64,000 bases of DNA from Candidatus Micrarchaeia archaeon (GCA_038881595.1 JAVZPM010000001.1:64001-128000), one strand, 5' to 3'; positions 50,294 to 60,303 are shown, counted from the first letter of the stretch. Notes: generated by a model from the letters alone, not told the origin. Translations and numbers: made by a program.

Positions 50294-50312
50294 GTTGTAA
50301 AAATACATTGAA

Positions 50313-50636
50313 TCATCTAATTACTTCCTTAGCTTTCTTTATTGTACCAGATGTATAAATTGCCTTAAGGTGAATCTTTTTTCCTTCGTATGAATTGAAA
50401 AGAGCTAAAGCAGTCTTCAAATCTTCTGTTCCCTTATTCAGGCATCTTATAACTGCCTTTTGATTTAAGTGGTCAAAATAAACTAGATTAGGCATTACAT
50501 CTGAATAATGGATTTTACCTATCAAACTCAATAAGTCCTTTTTAAGTATGGAGATAAGATCATCTTTAACTAAAGGAACCTCTGAAATAATCTCTATTGC
50601 AACATATCTGTAATTCTCTCTTAGAGTAGCTTTCAT
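50313..50636 (-). CDS. rnp2: RNase P protein Pop5/Rpp14
   Basis: TLRENYRYV...TSGTIKKA. Confidence 0.88.
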   Translation of the reverse strand: MKATLRENYRYVAIEIISEVPLVKDDLISILKKDLLSLIGKIHYSDVMPNLVYFDHLNQKAVIRCLNKGTEDLKTALALFNSYEGKKIHLKAIYTSGTIKKAKEVIR

Positions 50637-50662
50637 GAAACCACCAAATCATAAAAAAATAA

Positions 50663-51109
50663 TTATAGATATCTTTTAATAATCATGAAAGACTGCCTTA
50701 CTTGATCCTTGCTCATTCCGCAAAGCCTCATTATTGATGCAGCTTCATCTATGCTTCTTACTGAGTATTTATCCTTTGCCATCGAAGCAATGATAAATTT
50801 CAATTTGTAATGCCTTCCAACTCTTATGAAATTTGAAATCCTGTAAATTGCTAAATATGGTTTTTCAGTTATAATGTCTGAAAGAGAGATCAAAAATGGT
50901 TTATTTAGCGATTTTGCCTTTGCAAACATCTCTAAGGATATCTCATATTTAGGGCAGTAGAGAATCTTTCCTTTTCTCATTAACTTTGTTATTTTTTCTG
51001 GATCTCCAACTAGGAAAAGGTCCTTAATATCTGACAACCTATAGAATCTAAACTGGCTCTTTTTTTCTATACTTTCATCAATAGGAAAGTCAACTATGTC
51101 AAAATACAT
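50663..51109 (-). CDS. rnp3: RNase P protein Rpp30, shortened
   Basis: KFIIASMAKDKYSVRS motif; position between rpl15e and rnp2. Confidence 0.7.
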   Translation of the reverse strand: MYFDIVDFPIDESIEKKSQFRFYRLSDIKDLFLVGDPEKITKLMRKGKILYCPKYEISLEMFAKAKSLNKPFLISLSDIITEKPYLAIYRISNFIRVGRHYKLKFIIASMAKDKYSVRSIDEAASIMRLCGMSKDQVRQSFMIIKRYL

Positions 51110-51152
51110 ATTATCAAAATAAGTTAAAAGAAAAAGAAATAAAAGATTAGGT

Positions 51153-51635
51153 TTATCTTAATCCTCTCATCTTTCTTCCTTGAGAGGTAAGACCCCTAAA
51201 TACCCTTCCTTTTTGAAGCTTCAGACCAGTTTTTTCTGGATCTACAAGTATTACTTCATAGAATTTGTATTGACCATCTTCTCCTACAAAGTATGAGTTA
51301 AGAACCTCAAGATTCCTGAACTTTCTTCCTGCTCTTTCCTCTGCAATAAGTTGAAGTGATTTATGCCTTGAATAGAATCTTCCTGTCTTTGAAGGCTTTC
51401 TTCCTCTCATATGAATTTCTCTCTTTCTCTTTCCTCGCTTAACTCTCACTCTTACTATTACAAATCCATCCTTCGCCTTGTAACCTAATGTTCTTGCTCT
51501 TGCAAGGTTTGTAGGTTTTTCCACTCTAACTATCGGAGACTGTTTTCTCCATTCAGATATTCTTGCTCTGTAGGCAGGAGATCTTTCTTTATATTCCTTT
51601 TGGAATGTTTTCTGAATTTGCTTATAAAGAGACAT
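51153..51635 (-). CDS. rpl15e: 50S ribosomal protein L15e
   Basis: [43 protein letters not shown]. Confidence 0.96.
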   Translation of the reverse strand: MSLYKQIQKTFQKEYKERSPAYRARISEWRKQSPIVRVEKPTNLARARTLGYKAKDGFVIVRVRVKRGKRKREIHMRGRKPSKTGRFYSRHKSLQLIAEERAGRKFRNLEVLNSYFVGEDGQYKFYEVILVDPEKTGLKLQKGRVFRGLTSQGRKMRGLR

Positions 51636-51776
51636 AACATCACTTTAGATAATTTAATAAGTCAAAACATAAGTTAAGACTGTAAGATATATTAACTTAG
51701 AAAAAATATATAAAGCTTAATACTTGGATGGCGGAAAATATATTAACCCCTTTTGCGTCTTATTTTTGCTGATTTT

Positions 51777-54700
51777 ATGCAGGAGAAAGAGTATTTAAGA
51801 TTCTATAAGAATAGTGAAAAAATCAAAAGATTAGCTAGAATTACACTTGCTTCTCTTTTGCTAGTTGAACCCCTGATCCTTCCACTAAATACAAAAGAGA
51901 CAAATACAAAAGGATTTAAAAATCAGATGAATAATACTATAAAGGTGGAAAGGATGGGTGATAAAATGAGTGCACAGAAGACTATCAACTTAGAAAAAAA
52001 GAAAATCGAAGTAAAAAATGATATTGCCTTATTGTTAAAACGAAGCATATCTTATGCTACTATCGCTGAAAAAAGAATTAAAGATAAAGAATATGAAAAG
52101 GAATGGAAAAATTATTATGATACACTAAATAAAGAAACTAAACAACAGATTGATAATGTTATAAAAAACGCTTTACCGCAAGAAAAAATGGATCGACTTA
52201 GAAATAATATTGATATAATAATCCAAGATTTTGCTAATGCTCAAGGACTCCACCAAATTAATGATATGTTCTATAAATTAATAGGTGAATTAAACAAACA
52301 AAATCTTACATTAGAAGATACAATTGTATATTTAGCAATGGTGTATAAAGGAGACGAATATAAATCTCTAATAAAAGCTTTTCTTTCAAATTTAGAGATT
52401 CCAATCAGAGAGATATATGAAAACTTTAATAAGATAAATAATAACGAAAAAATTGATATAAAATCAAATATATTCGATCCGGCTACTAAGCAAATAATCA
52501 AAAATTTCCAGAAACGAACACAAGAAACTGGCAGTAGTTATATTGAAACACCTACTTCTATCAAAAAAGAAAAGAAAAAATCACTAGAAACTGAACCTAA
52601 TGGAACTCTTGATCTAAAAACAATTGAAACGATATTGCTTTCATCTGCAATTGAAAAAGAAAAACATTCGAATATCGATAGTTTTGAACTGTATCTAAAT
52701 GCTAATAGTCAAAGATGGGAAAATGAAACAACGGGACATTTTGATTCTGTAGCAGTAATTAGATATAAAGATGGAACCCAAGTAACTTACGGAATAAACT
52801 ACAATAAAACAGGTGATTACAGTTACTCAAAAGAATACTTTAGAGGTGAGTGGCCTAAGGATCCAAAAAAGAGAAAAGTGTTTGAAGCAGAAGCATCAGA
52901 TCTTATTGATACATTATTCGGCGGAAAAGGAGGAAGACCTTCTTATTATAGGTACTATTCTACAACTGAAAATTCGCTTCTTACACATAGTATAAATGCA
53001 AAAACTGGAGCATATTTTATTCTTTCCACTAAAACTGAAAATAGTATATCTTTAACATACGAAACAAATGGAGATCCTAATTTCTTTGCTACTTTAATAA
53101 AGAAGCAAATTATTGAGAGAAGACTTGATCCTACTTTATGGAGCGTATATCAAGGTCTCTTACAAACAGCGGAAATAGCTGAAAAGGCAGGTATACCTTC
53201 ATATTTAGGTAATATCAATAACTGTACTATAAAGATAACGACAAAAGGTAAATCAGAAGTAGAGAATTATAAAGGAGAGATTAACTGGAAAAAGGAGATT
53301 GGCTATCGAATTTCAAATCCGATAATAGAAGTAGATGAAAGTGGTAAACCTAATGTATATGTTTGGATGGATTTTGTTAAGAAAGGCAAAGACGATGCAA
53401 TTCAAGTTGTAAACAGTTACAAAATACCAACTAATACACCTACTCCATTGACAATCGAAAATGATAGATATAATATAGAAATAATAGTGCCGAAAGCTGA
53501 AATAGCGAAAGCTATTGATAAATTCATACAACAGACAACATTAATTAAGCTTAATTTTAGAGGGATGGAAATAGCAGTGGAACCATCAAAACCGATTGAA
53601 TTAAGAGATGAAAAAGGAAACAAATATGAAATATTCTTACAAATTAGTGACACAGGAATGCGTATTGGATCTCGAATTGAACTAAAAGCTAAACTTGACA
53701 TTGCTATGTCAGATTCAAAAGGAACACTGTTAGATAATAAAAGTGTAGAAATTAATATAGGTGAAGACACACAAATACCGGTTCAAAATCAAATGGTTCC
53801 AATCAAAGTTAGTTTGATACAAAATATAGCTTCGATGAGTTACATGAATTATATAGATTCAAAAATAGAAATGAAAACTATAAGATATGTTAATGAAAAT
53901 AATGAGGAAAAATACATTACAAACATCAATGGAGTTTCGCGTATTGGCGGATCAAAGGGTATAGCAACAATCACTTCAAGTATAAACTATTTAACAACAG
54001 AACCAATCCAATCAAGAGGAATTTTTAATTTGACGAAACAAGGAAATATTAATGAAATAACTGCAGATGATTATAAAGATCTTATGCTAAAGTGGGAAGA
54101 AAGAAACCGAAAGCAAGCTTTAGCAACTATGAGAGGTTGGCTTGGAGAAACTACAATGATTGGTGGAATGATTGATTATAGACGTGATGATGGAACTGGA
54201 GTTACTTTGTTTATAAACGATGGAAAACCACTAATAGACAATGGAATTGCAACTAATGAAAACCTACAATATATGCTTAATGTAATAACCAAAGGTTTTA
54301 GAGTAATAGACAAAATAAAAGTTACAGGCTTTAAAGCCGAAAGAAGGGAAGAACTCCAAAAGAAAACGGAGGAAGAAGAAAGAAGGGACTACTTAAGAAG
54401 AGAAAAAAGTATCGGCGTAATAGGATCAATTGACTATCATTTTGAGAAAATACTTAACTTATCTGGACTTTGGAATATTAATAAAAAGAGTATAGATGAA
54501 TGGGCATATGAAGTAGATACATATCTAAGTGGTAAGGGAGAAGAATTTAGATATCAAACAAAAGATCCAAATGGATCTGGATTAACTGTAAATAAAATCT
54601 ATTATAATCATGAAAGAATTTATGGGGAGAGCAAAGCTGGAGAAAAGATGGTTAAAGGTAGCGAATTTTCTACTGTTTTGACATATAATACCATCTATGC

Positions 54701-55475
54701 ATGGGGTGCTAAGATACAACCTGGGTTTGGAATCGAAAAAATGGAAAAAACTGAAACTACTAAATTCCGTGGAACTTTAGATTCAAAAAAATTTGATGAA
54801 TATTTAAAAACGAAAATGAATCCATATACAACTATATTTCTTGGTAATACTAAACTTGATTTCGGTTATAGTGAAACTAAAATAAAAGATAGTTATAAAT
54901 ATAGTAATAACCTTAATATCGAAACCAGTAATGTAAATAAAATATACGAGAATTTAGTACATATTGGGATGGAAATAATAAAAACAAAAATCTTTGGACT
55001 TTCAACAGATATAACTGGTTATTATGAAGGAAATAACAGAAATAGTAAATGGTTTACACCTCATCTGACAAGGGAAGAGGAAAGCCATAATAAAATATAT
55101 TTCTTCCAACCAACATTTGAATTAAAAAACAATTGGCTTTTAGGTATTGGATTTGGATATTCATTGCAAGATTGGGAAACAAAAGAAATTGAGAAATTAT
55201 TAAAGGGAGAAAGGGATTCCTATACTTTGCGTATAAACGCGACTGATAAAGATAGATTTACTGGATACTTCGAACTTATAAAGACAGACTATAAAGAAAC
55301 AGGTTACAATCCCTTATCAAGAAAATGGTCATCAGTAATCACCAAACTCTCAGCAGAAACAAAATTGAAAGAAAACGTTCGTATTTCTGGTAGTCTTTCA
55401 TTTAACCAATTCAATTACAATGGCAAAATCAACACTTATTGGAGTGCACATATCGGCTTAAAAGTAAGATATTAA
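51777..55475 (+). CDS. Giant orphan protein (~1230 aa) with C-terminal amphipathic beta-strand region
   Basis: Long ORF; signal-like N-terminus; ends ...VRISGSLSFNQFNYNGKINTYWSAHIGLKVRY. Confidence 0.75.
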   Translation: MQEKEYLRFYKNSEKIKRLARITLASLLLVEPLILPLNTKETNTKGFKNQMNNTIKVERMGDKMSAQKTINLEKKKIEVKNDIALLLKRSISYATIAEKRIKDKEYEKEWKNYYDTLNKETKQQIDNVIKNALPQEKMDRLRNNIDIIIQDFANAQGLHQINDMFYKLIGELNKQNLTLEDTIVYLAMVYKGDEYKSLIKAFLSNLEIPIREIYENFNKINNNEKIDIKSNIFDPATKQIIKNFQKRTQETGSSYIETPTSIKKEKKKSLETEPNGTLDLKTIETILLSSAIEKEKHSNIDSFELYLNANSQRWENETTGHFDSVAVIRYKDGTQVTYGINYNKTGDYSYSKEYFRGEWPKDPKKRKVFEAEASDLIDTLFGGKGGRPSYYRYYSTTENSLLTHSINAKTGAYFILSTKTENSISLTYETNGDPNFFATLIKKQIIERRLDPTLWSVYQGLLQTAEIAEKAGIPSYLGNINNCTIKITTKGKSEVENYKGEINWKKEIGYRISNPIIEVDESGKPNVYVWMDFVKKGKDDAIQVVNSYKIPTNTPTPLTIENDRYNIEIIVPKAEIAKAIDKFIQQTTLIKLNFRGMEIAVEPSKPIELRDEKGNKYEIFLQISDTGMRIGSRIELKAKLDIAMSDSKGTLLDNKSVEINIGEDTQIPVQNQMVPIKVSLIQNIASMSYMNYIDSKIEMKTIRYVNENNEEKYITNINGVSRIGGSKGIATITSSINYLTTEPIQSRGIFNLTKQGNINEITADDYKDLMLKWEERNRKQALATMRGWLGETTMIGGMIDYRRDDGTGVTLFINDGKPLIDNGIATNENLQYMLNVITKGFRVIDKIKVTGFKAERREELQKKTEEEERRDYLRREKSIGVIGSIDYHFEKILNLSGLWNINKKSIDEWAYEVDTYLSGKGEEFRYQTKDPNGSGLTVNKIYYNHERIYGESKAGEKMVKGSEFSTVLTYNTIYAWGAKIQPGFGIEKMEKTETTKFRGTLDSKKFDEYLKTKMNPYTTIFLGNTKLDFGYSETKIKDSYKYSNNLNIETSNVNKIYENLVHIGMEIIKTKIFGLSTDITGYYEGNNRNSKWFTPHLTREEESHNKIYFFQPTFELKNNWLLGIGFGYSLQDWETKEIEKLLKGERDSYTLRINATDKDRFTGYFELIKTDYKETGYNPLSRKWSSVITKLSAETKLKENVRISGSLSFNQFNYNGKINTYWSAHIGLKVRY

Positions 55476-56056
55476 TAAAAAAAGACATATAAGAACAGAT
55501 ATAGCTTCTAAATAAAGTATGGTAAGGAAGAAATTCTTTATTGCTTTTAGGTGATTTAAAAGCATTGAATGTTTTTCTATTCGATCTCTGTGAATTTTTA
55601 GTTACTAGATATATGTATTAAAATTTCTCTGAAAGGCAGTGATTAGAATTTATCAAATGAAAGATACATCTTTTTAAGTAGACTAACAAGAGTATCCTTA
55701 TCTGTATTCAGATTGTCTTCGCTAATTAATGCAAATGGTGAACCTATAAATTTGATATGCATGGATCTCCTTTTTGAAAAGCGATCATATCTCATAAATG
55801 AAAAAATAAATTTAAGAAGCAATTACAGTATAGTAATCTTTAATTTACTATCTCTTTCAGAAATTTTTTTATTCAATTCGTTCGCTATCCATATTGCATC
55901 ATCCTTTTTTATTTCACCAGCAGAAACAGACATACGGAGACCGCTCTGGATCATTGCCACCGTTTGGGTTAAATTTTTGCTATTGTTTATTTCAGTCAAA
56001 AGATTATTTAAAATATCTTCTTTAGTTTCTTTTGTAGTTGAAACTTTTTTCCTTGT

Positions 56057-57361
56057 TTAGATATTTCTGTTGGTTTTTTGCATTCCGGCTGGAGGTTGCG
56101 TTGATGAAGAGTCTGACTTTTCGTCACTCACAAGTTCTAATTTAACTCGATATTTAGTAGTACCTGGCACTAAATTAGGATAATCTTCAGCGTACTTATA
56201 CGTACGCCCTGTTCTCCTATTAATTTCCTTTAGAAGAGTATCTTTGATTTCAAGAAAGTTTTTATAACTATATTCTACTTCTCGCCCTTCTAATAATTTT
56301 TGAATCTTGTATTTGCCATCTGTATCTACTTTATTGAAGTTTATTCCATTAATTATTAACTCCTCAGAAAATATATTCTGTGTCTCCTGTTTTTCTTCTT
56401 TTACTTGAGTAAATTGAAGACGAGTAATAATATACTTTCCATTCTCATATTTAACTTCATAACTTCCTCCTTCACCAGTGAATTTATATTTATTATTACT
56501 GACCTTTTCTTCTTTTACATTCTTTCCTGCCCAATATTTAGCAATTTCCTTTAAGTTATCCATCATAACTGAATTTTCTTTCATAGTGAATGAAAGAGAT
56601 TTACCTTCGCCGAGACCTTCCTCCAGCTCTTTAAGCTTAGATTGTGTAGCTGGAATCTCACCAAGTTTAGTTGGTTTGCCTCCAATTTCAACTTGAATGT
56701 TTTTAATTTGATTCAATGCTTTTTGCAATGCGCCATCTGACTGTTGTTCAATTACTTCTTTCTTAACTTCTTCTTTATATTGATTATCTAAAGATGTAGT
56801 AACTTTTGATTTTTCATAACCGGATTTTAATTTTTCTAATTCACTTTGAGCATTGTCAACTTTTTTTTGTAAACTACTAATATCTAAAACTACATATTGA
56901 AGACCATCGTCTTTCTTTTTAATATTAGGTTCTTTTGATGTTTCCTTCCCTGTACTTAACTCAAATGCAACACTGCCACCATTCATAAAATTAATGAAAT
57001 TTTTGACATCTGAAGCAGGGTCTCTATTTGTATATTTATACCACTTTTGAATTTGTCCATCATCACTTGAAATAATTGAAAATGTAAGTTTATATCCTAG
57101 CTTATCCAGTCCCTTCTCAAGACTTTCTAATTCAGATGCGGTAAAGATACCAGTAAATTTAATCTCTCCTTTGTTTGATTTGAAGAACTCACGTACAGAA
57201 TTAGTAAAATCTTTGTTATTCACATAACTCATTTGCTGAATTAGTTTTTCTAATGCATTCCTTTCATCCTTTTCTAAATTTTTCAATTTGGTCTCATCAA
57301 ACAATCCTTTTGCTGTCAGTTCTTCTGGTTTTTTCATTGCAAGTTCAAATAAAATCAACAT
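56057..57361 (-). CDS. Hypothetical protein, possibly truncated by an internal stop
   Basis: 434-aa ORF with GAGGTGA RBS overlapping the upstream stop; same frame stays open for 77 more codons to 55823. Confidence 0.65.
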   Translation of the reverse strand: MLILFELAMKKPEELTAKGLFDETKLKNLEKDERNALEKLIQQMSYVNNKDFTNSVREFFKSNKGEIKFTGIFTASELESLEKGLDKLGYKLTFSIISSDDGQIQKWYKYTNRDPASDVKNFINFMNGGSVAFELSTGKETSKEPNIKKKDDGLQYVVLDISSLQKKVDNAQSELEKLKSGYEKSKVTTSLDNQYKEEVKKEVIEQQSDGALQKALNQIKNIQVEIGGKPTKLGEIPATQSKLKELEEGLGEGKSLSFTMKENSVMMDNLKEIAKYWAGKNVKEEKVSNNKYKFTGEGGSYEVKYENGKYIITRLQFTQVKEEKQETQNIFSEELIINGINFNKVDTDGKYKIQKLLEGREVEYSYKNFLEIKDTLLKEINRRTGRTYKYAEDYPNLVPGTTKYRVKLELVSDEKSDSSSTQPPAGMQKTNRNI

Positions 57362-57367
57362 GATATA

Positions 57368-58756
57368 TCACCTCTCCGCGTAAAATTTAGAAATGTCAAT
57401 ATTTATCATAATAGGTGTAAGTTGTGCAATTTTAATTGCATGATCTAAGTTTTTAATTTCATCTTCTGAAATTTCAAGATCTCTTTTACTAAGTAAAGTT
57501 GACAAACTATTTTGTATTTCTTCCTTCAACTGCTTTGTATCTTTTCCTTTTGTGTAATATCTTTGAGGATATATAACAACCTGTAATTTATCATCTCTTT
57601 CCACTATATAATATCTTTTATCATCTATATAAATCTGTTTATTTGATATTTCGTTATTTATAAATTTAGATTCTCCAAATTCTGGTGGCTTCCATACTAT
57701 TTGAGGCATTTCTTTTGAATCCCAATCGAAGTTTATGGAATCGAAAGGAACATAATATCCATTTTCATCAAGCCACACCTGATTATTATATTGGTCAAGA
57801 GAAAGGGTTGCCCATTCTCCATTTCTCATTCTTAACCTAGTTCCTATTTCTAATGGCTCAAGATTAAGTTCTCCGTTATGCAATAAGACTCCAACATCTT
57901 TCTTTCTTATCTCTTCGTCTGTTCCAGTTATGTATTTATTCCCTTTCTTAATTGCATAGAATGAACCCTCTCCAACAAAAAGGCAGCCTGCTGTAGTCTG
58001 ATTGTAAAGATCATCTAATATTCCTGCTTCGCTTCCTAATGGTGCTTCTCCAATAAAACCTGGATAAATAAAAGAACGGAAGTGAAGCTTTTCTGTACCT
58101 TTAAATGATATTTTGGCTGATCCCATAAGATTAAATATACTCCAAGGATAAGGTGAATTTGGAGAAGAAAAGGAATTAGGATATTGTTCTCTAATTTCTG
58201 AAAAACCTTTTCTCCCAGCAGGTATAACCCATCCTCCTTTTTCTAATTGTCCTAATTGAAAAGTACCGGTCCTTAATGGAATTGAAATAGACGCTCCTGA
58301 AAGAATGGTCACATCTTCTATCTCTCCATCTTTTACTTTTACTAATATTCCCATGTTAGGATTTGCATAAAGCTCGTATCCCTTTCCAGTAAGATTTTTT
58401 CTTTTTATTGCATCATCAATAAAACCTTGAATGATGTCTTTAGATGGTAAAAAATAGTTTATCTCTCTTGCATAACTTTTCCCAATATAAAGTATTGACT
58501 TATTACTTTCCTCTCCCAATCTGAAGACAATCTGATAACCATTTTCCCTAATAAAATCATAAACTTCATTTATCAGTTTTTTCTTAAAGTTATCATTTTT
58601 TATATTCAATTCAATCTTAAAAAAAGACCCTTTTGCATCCTCTAAATCTTTTATAGAGAATTCTGTCACTTTTCTTTCTGCTATTTCTTTTATTTTTCCT
58701 AATATTTTATTTATTTCCTCTCTTTCATTTTGAATTTCTTTTAACATAGGCGGCAT
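57368..58756 (-). CDS. Hypothetical protein
   Basis: 462-aa ORF with Gly/aromatic-rich central domain; no family recognised. Confidence 0.7.
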   Translation of the reverse strand: MPPMLKEIQNEREEINKILGKIKEIAERKVTEFSIKDLEDAKGSFFKIELNIKNDNFKKKLINEVYDFIRENGYQIVFRLGEESNKSILYIGKSYAREINYFLPSKDIIQGFIDDAIKRKNLTGKGYELYANPNMGILVKVKDGEIEDVTILSGASISIPLRTGTFQLGQLEKGGWVIPAGRKGFSEIREQYPNSFSSPNSPYPWSIFNLMGSAKISFKGTEKLHFRSFIYPGFIGEAPLGSEAGILDDLYNQTTAGCLFVGEGSFYAIKKGNKYITGTDEEIRKKDVGVLLHNGELNLEPLEIGTRLRMRNGEWATLSLDQYNNQVWLDENGYYVPFDSINFDWDSKEMPQIVWKPPEFGESKFINNEISNKQIYIDDKRYYIVERDDKLQVVIYPQRYYTKGKDTKQLKEEIQNSLSTLLSKRDLEISEDEIKNLDHAIKIAQLTPIMINIDISKFYAER

Positions 58757-58811
58757 ATAATATCACTTGTCTTAATCGTTATATTAACTAACGTTTTTTG
58801 GATTTAAATTT

Positions 58812-60107
58812 CTATTCTTTTTGATAAGTAATATATCTTTCTCCATTACTACAAACTGCAATATATGCTTCATCAAATGGTATTGAAGTATAATAGGCAT
58901 AATTTGATATTTCTGGCTTTTGAACATAATACTTATATTTGCATCCGGTTCTTTCGAAAGACGCCTGTGTCCCATCGTCTATAAAGATTGGGACGTGTAT
59001 GTTTCTTTCAACACCGAAATTAGTATTAACTTCATCTTCAATTTTTCCAGTTCCTGCTACCTCCACCGGCACCCACTCTCCATCGTAAAATTCAACCCAC
59101 ATATGCCTTACAAACCTAGTCTCATTTTCTTTGGCTAAAAATCCCTCTACATATCTCGAAGGAATACCTGCTGATCTAAGAAGAGAGATATAAAGATAGC
59201 TTAGTTCATCACAGTCACCTTTTCTTGATTTCATCATCTCAGCTGGAGACTGGACGTATTCATCTACTCCGCCTTGATTGAAATAGGAAGTGTTGTTTTT
59301 AAGCCAAATGAATAATTCCCTTGCCATATCCCAAACATTATCGCTGTTTACTCTTTTCTTAATGTCTGTGACAATCATCTTAATTTCTTCATTATTTGGA
59401 TCAATCATTTTCTTTGTCTTTCCTGTTGAAACATCGGTCGTTGTCCTTTCTCCAAGATAATTTTGCATTAAAGATGAAGCTTCCTGTATGGTTGTCTCCT
59501 TTCTTTCGAATATCTTTATGCTATTAGTTCCATTAAGCGCAATTAAAAAATAGAACTTGATTGAATTATATTTCTGATTAATATTATCGATTGAAAGCCG
59601 TACCATTCTATTCTGACCAATATGATAAATATCTTTTTTTGTTCCATCAAAAGAAATATTTAATAATGAATTTTCAGGATAAGGTAAATCACAAGTTAAT
59701 TCTGTACGATACAAAGTTCCATTATAGCCATATATAACTAAATAATCTCTTTTTGTTGGAAATTCATAATATAAGCAGTCTTTAACTAATGTAAAATTCC
59801 AATCATAGCTTCCAGGATAAAAAATAAATGAAAGATTATAATCCTTATATCCTTCTTTAGTTATTCTTATTTTATAGCTTCCTTGTGTAAGATTTGAAAA
59901 TTTATAAAAACCATTTTCATCGCTGTATGTGAAGTATGTTTTATTAGAAATCATCTCTATCTTTGCATTTGGAATCGCGTCTCCATTAACTGATTTGATT
60001 ACACCATTCAAACTAAAAGTAGTCGGCTCTGAAATTATTTCCTCGATTCCAATGCATCCGAAAATTAAAAAAGATGAAATTAAAACTAAAATCACTAGAT
60101 GTTTCAT
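58812..60107 (-). CDS. Transglutaminase-like lipoprotein with carboxypeptidase-regulatory-like N-domain
   Basis: Lipobox-like LIFGC, SDENGFYKF, GDCDE, AGIPSRYVEG, HMWVE, WVPVE; start MKHL at 60107. Confidence 0.85.
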   Translation of the reverse strand: MKHLVILVLISSFLIFGCIGIEEIISEPTTFSLNGVIKSVNGDAIPNAKIEMISNKTYFTYSDENGFYKFSNLTQGSYKIRITKEGYKDYNLSFIFYPGSYDWNFTLVKDCLYYEFPTKRDYLVIYGYNGTLYRTELTCDLPYPENSLLNISFDGTKKDIYHIGQNRMVRLSIDNINQKYNSIKFYFLIALNGTNSIKIFERKETTIQEASSLMQNYLGERTTTDVSTGKTKKMIDPNNEEIKMIVTDIKKRVNSDNVWDMARELFIWLKNNTSYFNQGGVDEYVQSPAEMMKSRKGDCDELSYLYISLLRSAGIPSRYVEGFLAKENETRFVRHMWVEFYDGEWVPVEVAGTGKIEDEVNTNFGVERNIHVPIFIDDGTQASFERTGCKYKYYVQKPEISNYAYYTSIPFDEAYIAVCSNGERYITYQKE

Positions 60108-60160
60108 ATCTAATAATTTATTGATATCCTTTATAAACATAATCTGGAAATAATATTTAA

Positions 60161-60259
60161 GCCCGAGTAGCTCAGTGGTAGAGCGCCTGAGAAACTTATA
60201 ATAAAGTTTCGGCGAATCTCGTAAACAGGAGGTCAAGGGTTCAAATCCCTTCTCGGGCT
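60161..60259 (+). tRNA. trnT: tRNA-Thr(CGT) with 27-nt non-canonical intron at 30/31 (60190-60216)
   Basis: GCCCGAG/CTCGGGC-T; spliced arm CCTGT-CT CGT AA-ACAGG; complete BHB motif. Confidence 0.92.
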
Positions 60260-60303
60260 TAGAATTAAAATACTTAAACTGCTAATATAAAAGAGGGATT
60301 ATA

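Noticed and set aside
55480..55800. Short minus-strand ORF fragments that might be a pseudogene
   Set aside because: No recognisable protein similarity.
57362..57370. In-frame TGA between the 462-aa and 434-aa ORFs as readthrough or recoding
   Set aside because: Explained by a GAGGTGA RBS overlapping the stop, followed by ATG; conserved genes here use all three stops normally.
60108..60236. Extended N-terminus of the transglutaminase ORF
   Set aside because: Overlaps tRNA-Thr antisense; the signal peptide starts at 60107.
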